A DNA stretch of 64,000 nucleotides from Cetorhinus maximus. Lineage: Eukaryota. Position numbers and translations under genes: made by a program. The DNA lies in NCBI RefSeq assembly GCF_964194155.1, contig NC_135901.1, positions 30,566,001 to 30,630,000 on the forward strand. Reading direction: 5' to 3'. The notes beneath the pieces are model-generated. The model had not been told where the DNA came from, did not search any database, and saw only the letters and a program-made list of their open reading frames with translations. Below, piece by piece: positions 36,943 through 50,559 of this stretch; position 1 is the first letter of the stretch, and every line of letters starts with the position of its first letter.

Positions 36943-38540
36943 TGTAGAGACCGATAACTTATTAAATGAAAAGAATCCCCACGACACCAATGGAAAGAAA
37001 ACCAATGGACAAGATTTCACCTTTTAAAACCTTTACTGTAATAAACCAACTAAAATCAACACAAACATTCATTAACAGGCGATGGATATTTCAAAGAAAA
37101 GGGGAAATTTCACTTTAAATAGTCGATAGAACAAAGATACACCTCAGGTTGTTATAAACATCCACATTACTTCCTGACCACATGTTGCACCATGGGCAAT
37201 CTCACAGTCTTTCGAACCAGTCTCTGCTATGTTGGATCTCTCACTTCCCACTCAATGGATTTAGCCCTGGAGTCACTATTCTATCCAAGGTCCCCAAATA
37301 TGGTGAACACCAATAAAGTGCACGACTACGAATGCTCTCTCTCTTGGGTCACAACAGTCCTGATGTCTCAGAATACCCAGAGGCTCCCATCTTCAGCCCC
37401 TTTAAAAGGTCTGGTTGGCTCTGGCAAAACTGAAATAGAAGCAAGGGGTCTTTTCCAATCCACAATCCCCTGCTCTCCTTGTCTTCAGCTCCCTGTCCTT
37501 TCCAACTGTATAACACACTGAATACTACAGCCCCTGCTCCATTCTGAGAGCCCTGCTTCAACACCAGGTTTTGTTCTTAACTATGTCTGAAATTTTACCC
37601 TGTAACTGAACCTGCTTCAGCAGGACATAAACTGCAATTCAATATGCAATTCACTGTCTCTTTGCCCTTGGTTTCTGAGCTTTTTATCCCCATAGTAACC
37701 TCAGGTCACATGGCCATTTCTTTAAAGTAATGATCACAGAACCAGGCAATCAATTACACCTCCTTCAGAAGAATCCCCAGTTTCACTTTGGGTTTAAAGG
37801 GACATTGCATGAAAAAAACACCCTTTTCCCAAGGTACATGGGTCATCACATTCCCCCCACCCAAGGGAAAAACCTTACTAAAGTTAGGAAGTTTCCACAA
37901 TCCTTTTTGACTACAACACATTATAACATGGTAAACACTGTAACAACTACCTTTTTACACACTGTACAGATAAAGTTTTCCCTTTGTCACATTTTGCAAT
38001 TAAACATATCACCTCGGCAACACTATAGGCTTAACTCTTAACAGAACCAACCAAATGTGACAATTAGGTTTTAAAGTTCAACTTGCTCGAGTTCCTCAAG
38101 TTCCAATGTTCTGGTAAACACGATTTCATTTTACTATTGGTTGATTCACTTTCTTTAACCTTCTCAAGAGATCTCCTTTCCCCTGTCACACAGTCTTTCC
38201 AGGTCCTTGGTTAAAAGGTTGTACTTCAGTTTTCTATTCCTCATGGTGCTTTTTAAATCTGTATCGGATTGTGTACAGTCTGGTCCCTGGGATAGAACTT
38301 GTGATGGGTCCAAAGGATTTCCAGATTTGAGGTCTGGTTCACTTTGTCAGGAAACACATTGCTGATTGCTGGCAATCCATCCGGCTTTTGAGTGCTGGCT
38401 GTTAGGAATTGGACTTTCGGACAAAATTCCCTGTCATCTTGCTTTTTCCCCTCTGAATTCAGCAATTTGTGTATACAATGGTATTTGTGTACACAGTGGT
38501 ATACAGTCAGGAGGGAGTGGTCCTGGGAGTCCTCAACATC
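36943..38540 (-). mobile_element. 3' LTR (36943-37850) with polypurine tract and adjacent internal sequence of an LTR retrotransposon
   Basis: On the minus strand gggtggggggaa (PPT-like) directly precedes TGTGATG; the LTR ends TCTACA. Confidence 0.55.
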
Positions 38541-38559
38541 AACTCTGGACCCCATGAAG

Positions 38560-39025
38560 TCTCATGGCATCAGGTCAAACATGGACAAGGAAACCTCCTG
38601 CTGATTCCCAGCTACCGACCACCCCTCAGCTGATGAATCAGTGCTCCTCCATGTTTAACAGCACTTGGAGGAAGCACTGAGGGTGAAAAGGATACCAAAT
38701 GTACTCTGGGTGGGGGACTTCAATGTCCATCACCAAGAGTGACTCAGTAGCATCACTACTGACCAAGCTGGCCGAGTTCTAAAGGACATCGCTGCTAGAC
38801 TGGGTCTGCAGCAGGTATTGAAGGAACCAACAAGAGGGAAAAACCTCCCTGACCTCGTCCTCACCAATCTCCCTATCGCAGATTCATCTGTTCATCAAAG
38901 TGTTGGTGTGAGTGACCACTGCACAGTTCTTGTGGAGGCAAAGTCCTGTCTTCATATTGAGAATACCCTCCATCGTGTTGTGTGATACTACCACTGGGCT
39001 AAATGGGATCGATTTCAAACAGATA
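38560..39025 (+). mobile_element. LINE APE endonuclease fragment
   Basis: Translates to LWVGDFNVHHQE..AGRVLKDIAARLGLQQV.KEPTRGKNL.DLVLTN, with stops. Confidence 0.8.
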
Positions 39026-40713
39026 TAAAAACAAAAAGCTAAAAGCTACTGCGGATGCTGGAAATCCAAAACAAAAACAGAATTACCTGGAAAAACTCAG
39101 CAGGTCTGGCAGCATCGGTGGAGAAGAAATCAGTTAACGTTTTGAGTCTTCATGACCCTTCGGCAGAACTGAGTATAGTTAGGAGAAAGGTGAAATATAA
39201 GCTGGTCTAAGGTGGGGGGGCGGGGGGAGAGAGAAGTTGAGGGTGGGATGATTGTGGAGATAAGCAAGCAGTGATAGGAGCAGATAATCAAAAGATGTCA
39301 CAGACAAAAGGATCAAAGAGGTGTTGAAGGTGGTGATATTGTCTAAGAAAAGTGCTAATTAAGAATGGAAGACAGGATACTCAAGGTACAGCTCTAGTGG
39401 GGGTGGGGTGAAAAGACTAACAAAGTTTTCGTTGTAGATTTAAAAATAATGGAAATAGGTGGGAAAAGAAGAATCTATATAAATTATTGAAAAAAAGGGA
39501 GGGGGGAGAAACGGGGTGGGGATGGGGGGAGGGGGAGTTTAAGATCTAAAGTTGTTGAATTCAATATTCAGCCCAGAAGGCTGTAAAGTGCCTAGTCGGA
39601 AGATGAGGTGCTGTTCCTCCAGTTTGCGTTGGGCTTCACTGGAACAATGCAGCAAGCCAAGGACAGACATGTCGGCAAGAGAACAGGGTGGAGTGTTAAA
39701 ATGGCAAGCGACAGGGAGGTTTGGGTCTTTCTTGCGGACAGACCGCAGGTGTTCTGCAAAGCGGTCGCCCAGTTTGCGTTTGGTCTCTCCAATGTAGAGG
39801 AGACCGCATTGGGAGCAACGAATGCAGTAGACTAAGTTAGGGGAAATGCAAGTGAAATGCTGCTTCACTTGAAAGGAGTGTTTGGGCCCTTGGACGGTGA
39901 GGAGAGAGGAAGTGAAGGGGCAGGTGTTGCATCTTCTGCGTGGGCATGGGGAGGTGCCATAGGTGGGGGTTGAGGAGTAGGGGGTGATGGAGGAGTGGAC
40001 AAGGGTGTCCCGGAGGGAACGATCCCTACGGAATGCCGTCAGGGGGGGTGAAGGGAAGATGTGTTTGATGGTGGCATCATGCTGGAGTTGGCGGAAATGG
40101 CGGAGGATGATCCTTTGAATGCGGAGGCTGGTGGGGTGATAAGTGAGGACAAGGGGGACCCTATCATGTTTCTGGGAAGGAGGAGAAGGCATGAGGGCGG
40201 ATGCGCGGGATATGGGCCGGACACGGTGAGGGCCCTGTCAACGACCGTGGGTGGAAAACCTCGGTTAAGGAAGAAGGAGGACATGTAAGAGGAGCTGTTT
40301 TTGAAGGTAGCGTCATCAGAACAGATGCGACGGAGGCGAAGGAACTGAGAGAATGGGATGGAGTCCTTACAGGAAGCGGGGTGTGAGGAGCTGTAGTCGA
40401 GGTAGCTGTGGGAGTCGGTAGGCTTGTAATGGATATTGGTGGACAGTCTATCATCAGAAATTGAGACAGAGAGGTCAAGGAAGGGAAGAGAAGTGTCAGA
40501 GATGGACCATGTGAAAATGATGGAGGGGTGGAGATTGGAAGCAAAATTAATAAATTTTTCCAGGTCCCAACGAGAGCATGAAGCAGCACCGAAGTAATCA
40601 TCGATGTACCGGAGAAAGAGTTGTGGGAGGGGGCCGGAGTAGGACTGGAACAAGGAATGTTCCACATACCCCATAAAGAGACAGGCATAGCTGGGGCCCA
40701 TGCGGGAACCCAT
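39026..40713 (-). mobile_element. Penelope-like retroelement, 5'-truncated (RT C-terminus, GIY-YIG and 3' terminus)
   Basis: AMGSRMGPSYACLFMG..FLRYIDD..FLDL..HYKPT (to 40713) and NLVYCIRC..LLYIGET (39539..40192); one frameshift between them. Confidence 0.95.
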
Positions 40714-42230
40714 AGCAATCCAATTCCCTTTTGAACACATCGATTGAACCTGCCTGCACCACCCTCTCAGGAATTTTGTTCCAGACTCCAACCACCCTCT
40801 GGGTGAACAAGTTTCTCCTCACATCATAGTTTACACCTTTTGCCAATTGTTTTGAATCAGTGCCCTCCAGTTCTTGTGTTTTCTTGAGTGGAAACAATTT
40901 CTCACTATTTACCCTGTTCATACCCCTCTGGATCTTGAATATCTCTGTCAAGTCTCCTCTCAGCCTTCTTTTCTCCAAGGAAAACAGACCCAACTTCTCC
41001 AGTCTATCCTCATAGCTACAGTTCATTATCTCTGGAATCATTCTTGTGAATCTCCTCTGTACTCTCTCCAAAGCCTTCACATCCTTCCTCAAGTATGGTG
41101 CCCAAAACTGGATACAGTACTCCAGATGAGGCCTTACTCGTGTCTTATAGTGTCTCCTTAAAGCCTAAGATACTATATGCTTTATCAACTGCTCTCTCGA
41201 CACGCCCTGCCATCTTCAATGATGTATGTACATCTACACCGAGGTCCCTCTGTTCCTGCACCTTCTTTAGAGTTTCTGCCTTTATTTTATACTGTCTCTC
41301 CTTATCCTTCCTGTTAAAATAAATAACCTCACAGTTCTCTGCATTGAACTTCATCTGCCACATCTGCCCAATACACTAATAAGTCTATGTCCTCTTGAAG
41401 TTCAAGACAATCCTCTTCACAGTTGACAACGTTTCCAGTCTTTGTATCATCTGCAATTCTTGACAATCTTCGTTGCACCAGTCAGCCCTATTTCCCTGTT
41501 CTATCCCCATATCTCTGCACGTTTATTTCCCTCGAGTGCCCATCCAATTTCCTTATGAAACTGTTCACTGTCTCTGCTTCCACGTCCCATCCCCCTGAAA
41601 GGCAGTGAGTTCCAGGTCATTACTGCTCACTGTGTAAAAATATTCTTCCTCTCATCCCCCCTAAATCTCCTGTCCAAAACTTTAACTCTGTGTCCCCCTT
41701 GTCCCTGTACCATCAGCAAATGGGAACAGCTTTTCTTTGTCCACCTTATCTAAATCTGTCATAATCTTATACAACTCTATTAAATCCCCCCTCAACCTCC
41801 TTTGCTCCAAGGAGAACAACCCCAGCTTCTCCAACCTAACCTTGTGGTTAAAATCCCTCATCCCTGGAACCATTCTGGTAAATCTCCTCTCCACCCTCTC
41901 AGGGACCCTCACATCCTTCCTAAAGTGTGGTGACCAGAACTGGACTTAATACTCTAGTTGTGGCCTAACCAGAGCTTTATAAATGTTCAGCATAACTTCC
42001 CTGCTTTTGTTCTCAATCCCTCTATTTCTGAAGCCCAAGATCCCATGTGCTTTGCAAATTCCTCTCTCACTCTGTCCTGCCAGCTTCAATGATCTCTGCA
42101 CATGAACCCCCAGGTCCCTCTGCTCCCGCTCACTCTTTAGAACTGTGCCATGAAGTCGAGATTTCCTCTCCCTACCCCCTCTGCCAAATCACATCACCTC
42201 ACTCTTCTATGTATTAAATTCCATCTACCA
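40714..42230 (-). mobile_element. Two decayed CR1 3' portions
   Basis: ORFs 40598..41092, 41145..41363 and 41682..41912 carry ERVQRRFTRM and RRLRGDL motifs. 41680-42400 is duplicated at 48900-49600. Confidence 0.85.
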
Positions 42231-44022
42231 CTTCAGAGAATGTTAAGGGGAGATTTAAGTGTTAAACTAAACATACAGAGGAGAGGAGGCACTGCTTTCT
42301 TTAATATGTCACCTACAATTGAAGATGATCCCCTCCCTTTAAATGTACACAAGGCTCATAGAGCGCAGAAGGAGGCTATTCGGCCCATCATGCTACTGCT
42401 GGCTCTTTGAAAGAGCTGTCCAATTAATCCCAACGCCCTGCAATTTTCTTTTCCTTTCAAGAATCTGTCCCATTCCCTTCTGAAAGATACAGTTGAATTT
42501 GCTTCCAGTGCGTTTTCAGGCAGTGAATTCCAAATCACAACAACTCGCTGTGTTTTCTTTAACAATTCAGGATATTGTGTTGAACATCTTATTGGAAAGA
42601 AGGCTGCTCCAACACTGCAGCACTCCCTCAATGCAGGTTTTGATATTTGTCATGTCCCTGGACCCCGACTTGACACCACAACCTTGAGGCTCAGAGGTGA
42701 GAGTGTGATCCACTGAGCCGTGACCGATGCTGTATACAATACAAAGTTGGAAAGGGAAAGTTACCCTTTAAAAAAAGTTACCCCCACCCTTTGCCTCCAG
42801 TGTCTAAACCTTATAATAAAAACCCCAGTATAAATAACAAGTGTTGGTTCAGAGCCACTAGTTTCCCCTTCCCTTCTGAGCCTCCAGCACCTTTCTGTCT
42901 CTCTATTGCTCGTGCCAATGACAGCCAGGCGATGGAGCTGAGGGCAGAATTTAGCTGAGAATGACAGGGCCTGCGCCCCAGTTGGGAAACTGCCATGGGC
43001 GTTGCACTAATAGAGAGACAGGAAGGTGCTGGAGGACTGACTGGGAAATGGGTCTCCAACCAATCAGGGCACGGAAGGGGTGACCGGGGCTGATGGTGAC
43101 CCGACCCCCAGGGTTCAGTGCCTCTGTGTCCAGGTTATAGAGCAGATGAAGAGAAACCATTTGGGTCCAGAACATTGTGCATATCCTTTTACACTCGTTG
43201 TCTCTGATCCTCAAGTAATTTTCTGTTTCTTTTAACCATGTTCTGTTTCATTAATAAACTTTGATCAGTAAAAATATTTGATTTTTCTGGACTTTTCATG
43301 ATTAGATTTCTGCACTTTAGGGAAAGTGGGTTAGAGGGGTTGGCAGGCTCTTTAACAGAAAGTGAGTCCCTCTAAGGTAATTGACAAAGGAGCCAGTGGG
43401 GTAGATGAGATTTTATTTTTGACACAGCGATGTTAGAAAATGGGGTTCAGGGAGTCAATTAACCCTTTATCCCCTTTTCCCAAACTCTGAAATTGGTGAC
43501 AGTGGATCAATAAAACATTTGGTCAATGAAGACCCAAACCACAATATCCCATCCTGTCACTTGTCAACCATCCTCACCCAGAGAGTAATCACAACAGGAA
43601 TAAAAACAGGGGAAGTGTAACAATCAAATTAAAAATAAATGCACAGCCAGTCATAGTTTTTAATTCAGTGTTCACTTATTAGCAAGAAAACCTGAAGTAG
43701 GGGGTCTCCCAGGATTCTTACAGTCCACAGCTTGAGGGAGAAGAGAACGCTCTCTCCGACCCCTCACTCAATTTCACTCTGTTATTTTCAAGTTCTGTTC
43801 TGGACCCGCTTGGGGTAACATCTACTCAATCTTTTCTCCTGAAGGAGCGCTGTGAGTTCTCGGTTACTCGGTTACATAAGGACATATGCTTTAAGCAACA
43901 GACCGGCCAGTTGAGCAGAAAGAAACCCTCTGACCCCCCCACTTCACCAACTGTCAGAATGAACATGGTTCAGTCCTGGGTGTGATTAACAGCAGCAATA
44001 ACAGCAGAATCCAACCCTGTAA

Positions 44023-44865
44023 TCACTTGTGAACTCGCTGGTGTCTCAGCAGGTGGCACGACTGAGTGAATCCTTTCCCACACTCAGAGCAGCTGAATGG
44101 CCTCTCCACAGAGTGAAGTCGCTGGTGTGTCCGCAAGTTGGATGAATCATTGAATTCCTTCCCACACTCAGAGCAGGTGAATGGCCTCTCCCCAGTGTGA
44201 ACTCGCTGGTGTCTCCGGAGGTTGGATGAATTAATGAATCCCGTCCCACACATGGAGCAGGTGAACGGCCTCTCCCTAGTGTGAATGAGATGGTGAGTCA
44301 GCAGGTTTGGTAAGTGAGTGAATCCCTTCCCACACTCAGAGCAGGAGAATGGCCTCTCCCCTGTGTGAACTCGCTGGTGTCTCCGCAGGATGGATGAATC
44401 ACCGAATCCCTTCCCACACTCAGAGCAGGTGAATGGCCTCTCCCCAGCGTGAACTCGCCGGTGTCTCCACAGACTGGACGATGAACTAAACCTCTTTGCA
44501 CAGTGAGAACAGCTGAATGGTCTCTCCTCAGTGTGAATGCGCTGGTGGAACATCAGTTCCCGAGAGCTTTTGAAGCCACTCCCACAGTCAGAGCATTTAA
44601 AGGGTCTCTCATTGGTGTGAGTGACATGGTGTGTCAGCAGGCTGGATGACTGAGTGAATCGCTGCCCACACACGGTGCAGGTGAATGGCCTCTCCCCCGT
44701 GTGAACTCGCTCGTGTGTCAGCAGGGCAGATAAATCACTGAATCCCTTCCCACACACACAACAGATGAATGGCCTCTCCCCAGTGTGACTGCGTCGATGA
44801 ACCTCCAGCTTTGAAGGGAATCTGAATCCCTTCCCACAGTCCCCACATTTCCACGGTTTCTCCAT
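44023..44865 (-). CDS. C2H2 zinc-finger protein, 10 fingers (gene 6)
   Basis: Intact 280-aa [19 protein letters not shown]. Acceptor at 45212; its own exon 1 is absent. Confidence 0.85.
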   Translation of the reverse strand: MEKPWKCGDCGKGFRFPSKLEVHRRSHTGERPFICCVCGKGFSDLSALLTHERVHTGERPFTCTVCGQRFTQSSSLLTHHVTHTNERPFKCSDCGSGFKSSRELMFHQRIHTEERPFSCSHCAKRFSSSSSLWRHRRVHAGERPFTCSECGKGFGDSSILRRHQRVHTGERPFSCSECGKGFTHLPNLLTHHLIHTRERPFTCSMCGTGFINSSNLRRHQRVHTGERPFTCSECGKEFNDSSNLRTHQRLHSVERPFSCSECGKGFTQSCHLLRHQRVHK

Positions 44866-45480
44866 GATGTAGGTTTTCTTGTATCTCTCCAGGCTGAATG
44901 ATCAGTTGAAGCCTTGTCCTCACACAGGACACATGTACAGTCTCTCATCACTGTGAATGCTTCAATGTTTTTTTCAACTGAGTAACTAGTTAAAGCTCTT
45001 TCCACAGTCTGGAACACTCTCACTGACGCATGTGTGTGTGTCTTCCCACTGTTCCAGTCACACTGATCATTAAAATGTTTTGAAGCAGGCAGAACAAGGA
45101 AACATTTCTCCCTGATGATATTCGGGTCCCGATAAATGAAGCCACTCTGTCAGATTTTGACATGAAATTTGGTTTGAGACTTCAGTCTGCAAATCATCCC
45201 TTTCTCATATCCTGTAAAAGGAGTTTACAAATAGCGTTACTGTCAGTACAGGATAGAAATTCAGAACATACAAGTCTAGTTTCAGTGTACCATTCCTTCC
45301 TCTCTCATTCCCCCAGTGTCTATTCCGGACACACTCTCTCCTTTCTCACTCAGCTGTACCGAATATACATCCTGCCAATTCTCCAGAAGAAGCGATTCAT
45401 GCTGATTGACAGATCCATGGTCATTGCTTCATGTCCCGGAGACAGACATGTAAATCTTGATGCAGAGTGTAAATATGGAG

Positions 45481-45669
45481 GAAGAGGGGAAGCTGCGCAT
45501 GTGCGGGGGAGAGCCCGCCCCTTCCCGTCATGCGGAGGGGATGACCAATGGTAAGAGTTGGAGGACCGGAAGGCCTCTGCTCCTCTAGCCAATCAGTGCG
45601 CGGGCTTTGTCTGAATGAAGATTGAGCTTCACAGACGAAAACTTCCTCCTGTGTCCAACATCTGTGAGT
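45481..45669 (+). promoter_or_regulatory. ZNF cassette core promoter and exon 1 (gene 7)
   Basis: TGCGCATG, GC box, two CCAAT, ACCGGAAG. Donor 45664, acceptor ending 46120. Confidence 0.7.
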
Positions 45670-46441
45670 AAAACACTTTCTTTTCTCCCCTTTTCCATTT
45701 CTTTTCTCATTCTGGGGGCAAATTGGTGACTTGCAGGAACTGAAGGGAAAGGAAATGAATCCAGGGAGGGTCTGGAAAGGTTGGCCCAGGTCTCTCTCTC
45801 TCAAAGACATTGACATCCTTTGCTCCCTCAGCTTGATACATTTATTTATCTGGCTAAAAGGATGGTCTCTTTCCTCATGTTCACAATTAAAGGGGTGGTT
45901 TTCCCAGCAGATGGCTGACATTTAATGGGACAGTAAATTAATATAGGACAGTGATATGTCTCGTGCCGTTACATGATGCATATTTTATGTTTGTGTGGGA
46001 CAGACAATGACAGTTTTTATGGAACAACAGAGGAAAGAATGTTCCACAGTAATCAGAAATGCCTGCTCTGAATTTCTATCCTGAACTGACAGTCATGCAT
46101 TTTGTAAACTTCTTTTACAGGACATTAGAAGAGGAGGGTTTACAATCAGAAATCTCAAACCAAACGTCATGTCAAGATCTGACAGAGTCAATCGATTCAT
46201 CAGGACCTGAATTTCATCGGTAATTAAATCTAGAAGGAGAAATGTTTGTCTACTCTGTCTGCTTCAAAAGATTTGAAATGTCGGTATGACTGCAAAAGCA
46301 CCGAGACACACATGCCCGAGTGAGAGTGTTCCAGTGCACTAACTGGAAAGAGCTTTACCCAGTGACACAACTTGAAAAATCATCACACCATTCACAGCAG
46401 GGAGAGACCATACACGTGTTCTGTGTGTGGATGAGCCTTCG

Positions 46442-46556
46442 GCTTCAGCAGTTCAAGGAGGCAGCTCACCCACCACATTCTGAAGGGCAGTGAGGGATAG
46501 GCAATAAATGCTGGCCGAGGCAGCGACGCCCACATCCCATCAATGAATAAAAAAAA
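46442..46556 (+). mobile_element. LINE-tail insertion in the 5' leader of gene 7
   Basis: cagcagttcaag..caccacattctgaagggca..gggcaataaatgctggcc..aatgaataaaaaaaa interrupts fossil finger 3. Confidence 0.85.
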
Positions 46557-46593
46557 TTGTTGAACCTGGAGAGACACAAAGGGCACCCGCACC

Positions 46594-47352
46594 ATGGCGA
46601 AACCATGGAAATGTGTGAACTGTGGGAAAGGATACAGATCCCCATCTCAGCTGGAAATTCACCAACACAGTCACACCGGGGAGAGGCCATTCACCTGCTT
46701 AGAGTGTGGGAAGGGATTCACTCATTCATCCTCCCTGCTGAGACACCAGCGCATCCACACCGGGGAGAGGCCGTTCACCTGCTCTGAGTGTGGGAAGGCA
46801 TTCAGTACTTCATTTGACCTGGTGACGCACCAGCGAGTTCACACAGGGGAGAGGCCATTCACCTGCTCTGAGTGTGGGAAGGGATTCACTCAGTCATCTC
46901 ACTTGCAGACACACCAGCGAGTTCACTCTGGGGGGAGGCCAGTCATCTGCTCTGAGTGTGGGAAGGAATTCACTGGCTTGTCACACCTGCAGGTACACCA
47001 GCGAGTTCACACTGGGGACAAGCCCTTCACCTGCTCTGATTGTGGGAAGAGATTCACTCAGTTATGTAACCTGCAGACACACCAACGGGTTCACACTGGA
47101 GAAAGGCCATTCACCTGCTCTCAGTGTGGGAAGAGATTCACTCAGTCATCCACCCTGCTGACACACCAGCGGGTTCACACTGGGGAGAGACCGTTCACCT
47201 GCTTTGAGTGTGGAAATGGATTTGCTCATTCATCGCACCTGCTGAGACACCAGCGAATTCACACTGGGGAGAGGCCATTCACCTGCTCTGAGTGTGGCAA
47301 GGGATTCACTCGGTCAACCTACCTGCTGAGTCACCAGCGAGTTCACAAGTGA
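46594..47352 (+). CDS. C2H2 zinc-finger protein, 9 fingers (gene 7)
   Basis: accATGG start, intact 252-aa ORF, conserved 3' UTR with AATAAA at ~47621. Confidence 0.9.
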   Translation: MAKPWKCVNCGKGYRSPSQLEIHQHSHTGERPFTCLECGKGFTHSSSLLRHQRIHTGERPFTCSECGKAFSTSFDLVTHQRVHTGERPFTCSECGKGFTQSSHLQTHQRVHSGGRPVICSECGKEFTGLSHLQVHQRVHTGDKPFTCSDCGKRFTQLCNLQTHQRVHTGERPFTCSQCGKRFTQSSTLLTHQRVHTGERPFTCFECGNGFAHSSHLLRHQRIHTGERPFTCSECGKGFTRSTYLLSHQRVHK

Positions 47353-47799
47353 TTGCGGGGATTGGATTCTGCTGTTATTGCTGCTGTTAATCACATCCAG
47401 GACTGAACCATGTTCATTCTGACACTTGGTGAAGTGGGAGGGTCGGAGGGTTTCTTTCTGCTGGACTGGACGGTCTCACGACTTTGCTTCCAGTGGGCTG
47501 ATGCTCTTTGAGCCTGGGAGTGCACATTTCCACTGAAATGATCCACAAAAGCTGATGAAGTACATTTATTTTATCCTGGACAGTAAATAGTGTTTTTCCG
47601 ACCATGACAGGTGGATCTAAAATAAATACATTTGTCTCTGTTCCATTGAGTCTACAGCACAGGGCCAGTCGGCTCAATTGGTCTCTGTCAGTATTTATGC
47701 TCCACATGAGCCTCCACCCACCCCTCTTCATCTCCCCCATCAGCATATCCTTGTATTCTTTTCTCCCTCATGTATGTATCTAGCTTTGCTTTAAATGTA

Positions 47800-47906
47800 G
47801 CAGGTCTGGCAGCATCTTCTCCACCGATGCTGCCAGACCTGCTGAGTTTTTCCAGGTAATTCTGTTTTTGTTTTGGATTTCCAGCATCCGCAGTAGCTTT
47901 TTGTTT
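47800..47906 (+). mobile_element. 107-bp Penelope fold-back with 15-bp TSD
   Basis: Hairpin gcaggtctggcagcatc-loop-gatgctgccagacctgc. tttgctttaaatgta at 47785-47799 and 47907-47921. Absent at the paralogous site ~6260. Confidence 0.88.
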
Positions 47907-50559
47907 TTTGCTTTAAATGTATTCATGCTATTCACCTCAACCACTTGCTGTGGTAGTGAGTTCCACACTCTCACCGTTCGCTGAGTAATGAGGTTTCTCA
48001 TGAAATCCTGATTGGATTATTTAACCCCTTCATCATCTTAAAGGCTTACATCAAATCACCCTTCAGCCTTCTCTTTTCTAGAGAAAAGCAGCCCCACCCT
48101 TTCCTGAGGATTAAATGCTCTCAGTTCTGGTATTATTCTTGTGAATCTTTGTTGCCCCTTCTCCAGTGCCTCTATTTCCTTTTTCTAAATGGAGGTCACA
48201 AATGTTTACAGTGCTCCCAGTGTAGTCTAACCATGGTTCGAAACAAGTTGAACATAACCTCCCTGCTTTTCAATTCTATCCCTCGAGAATGGAACCCTAT
48301 ATCTGGGCCCCACACTTTAGGAAGATGTGAAGTTCTTAGAGAGGGTGCAGAGGAGATTTACGAGAATGGCACCAGGGATGATGGACTTCAGTTAGTTGGA
48401 GAGACTGGAGCAGCTGAAATTGTTCTTTTTGGATCACAGATTCATTAGGGTAGAGAAGGAGTCCATTCAGCCCATCGTGTTCACGCCGGCTCACTGCAGA
48501 GCAAACCAGTCAGTCCCATGGCCTTGTTCTATCCCTGTCTCCCTGAAAATTTATTTCCCTCAAGTGCCCATCCAATTTCCTTTTGAAACCGTTCATTGTC
48601 TCTGCTTCCACCCACCTCGCAGACAGTGAGTTCCAGGTCATCGCCACTCACTGTGTAAAAACGTTCCTCAAATCCCCCCCATATCTTTTCATTTTCATTC
48701 TTTCATGGGGTTGTGGGTGTCACTGGCTGGGCCAGCATTTATTGCAATCCCTAATTGCCCTTGAGAAGGTGGTGTTGAGCTGCATTCTTGAACCGCTGCA
48801 GTCCATGTGGTGTAGGTACACCCACAGTGGTTAGGGAGGAATTCCAGGATTTGACCCAGCGACAGTGAAGATATACCCACAGTGATGTAGATATATCTCC
48901 TGTACAAAACTTTTAATCTGTGTCCGCCTTGTCCTTGTACCATCAGCAAATGGGAACAGCTTTTCTCTGTCCTCCTTATCTAAACCTGTCATAATAATCT
49001 TGTACACCTCTATCAAATCTCCCCTCAACCTCCTTTGCTCCAAGGAGAACAACCCCAGCTTCTCCAACCTAACCTTGTGGTTAAAATCCCTCATCCCTGG
49101 AACCATTCTGATAAATCTCCTCTCCATCCTCTCATCGACCCTCACATCCTTCCTAAAGTGTGGTGACCAGAACTAGACTCAATACTCTAATTGTGGCCTA
49201 ACCAGAGTTTTATAAAGGTTCAGCATAACTTCCCTGCTCTTGTTCTCAATCCCTCTGTTTCTGAAGCACAAGATCCCATGTGCTTTGCTAATTCCTCTCT
49301 CACTCTGTCCTGCCACCTTCAATGACCTCTGCACATGAATCCCCTGCTCACTCTTTAGAACTGTTTTATTTACATCTATATTTCCTCTCTGCTAAATATC
49401 ATCGCCTCAGTCTTCTCTGTGTTAAATTCCATCTGCCACTTCAGAGAATGTTAAGGGAAGCTTTAAGTGTTAAACTAAACATTCAGAGAAAAGGAGGCAC
49501 TGCTTCCTTTAATATGTCACCCACAATTGAAGATGATCCCCTCCCTTTCAACGTATATGAGGCTCATAGAGCACAGAAGGAGGCCATTCGGCCCATCATG
49601 CTGTCTGCTGCGAATATCTAAGTTCATAATTCATACATTTTCAAAAATAACTTTTAGTTTGGGGATTGGAATGTAGCTCAATGGAAACTCTGGGTTGAGA
49701 AACTGTTGAATACAACTCTGATGGAAATCCAAATCAAAGAAGCCTGGGCTAATTACAATTAGAATGTGACCTATGTTTATTCAGTAGGTTAATGTTGATA
49801 GTGAGAACACTTAAACAATGGATGATCCATTGTGGATTTTTCTTTTTATTTTCTCATTGAAGGCAGTTTCAGTCGGCAGGAAGTGTGGGACCAGGAGCTG
49901 TGAACCAGCTGTGGGATGAGAAGCCAAGAGGGTCATTAGGAACCAACGTGTTCCTCATGTTTAAATTCCACAGCAACAAGGTAGTGAAACTTCCGCTTGA
50001 ACTGAGAAGTCCACAGCTTTGAGGCCTTAAAGGAAAGTTGCAGTGTTTCTTAGCCTAAAGCTGATGGAAGGACCCCCATAAAGTCTTGGAGCTTGGAGAA
50101 TAGCTGGAATACTGAGGAAAATTAAAGTGAATTCTGGAGAGCTTTGACATCCCTTTGGGATGGTCCCAGGAACGGAAGCGAACGAACCTTCAAGATATTG
50201 TTAAGTATAAGTTCTCTTGTGGAGAAGTTAAAAAGTAGAACTGGGTTTAAAGCATAAATCTTTATAAACTATAGCATTAAGTTCGTCGTGCTGGTTTTTA
50301 ATATTCTTTTGTTTTATATATACAGTAAATTTTGGTTTTGTTTGTAAATGTGGTGTAATTCTTTCAGTTATCACTGGGTGTTCGAATTTCTCTTTAAACG
50401 TTAACCTGACCGGGATTGGAACAATCGGCACAAACAATATTTCAAAACAAACCAAAGAGGACAAAATATGATTTTCCTTATTTTGCACAAAGCATTATTA
50501 CATTTTAAGACATTCCTCTTCTAAGATCCCCAGTAATTTCTTAGTTCAAGCATTTATTT

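Noticed and set aside
40039-41092. ORFs 40039..40791 and 40598..41092 as novel proteins
   Set aside because: Chance read-through across the CR1/Penelope junction at ~40713.
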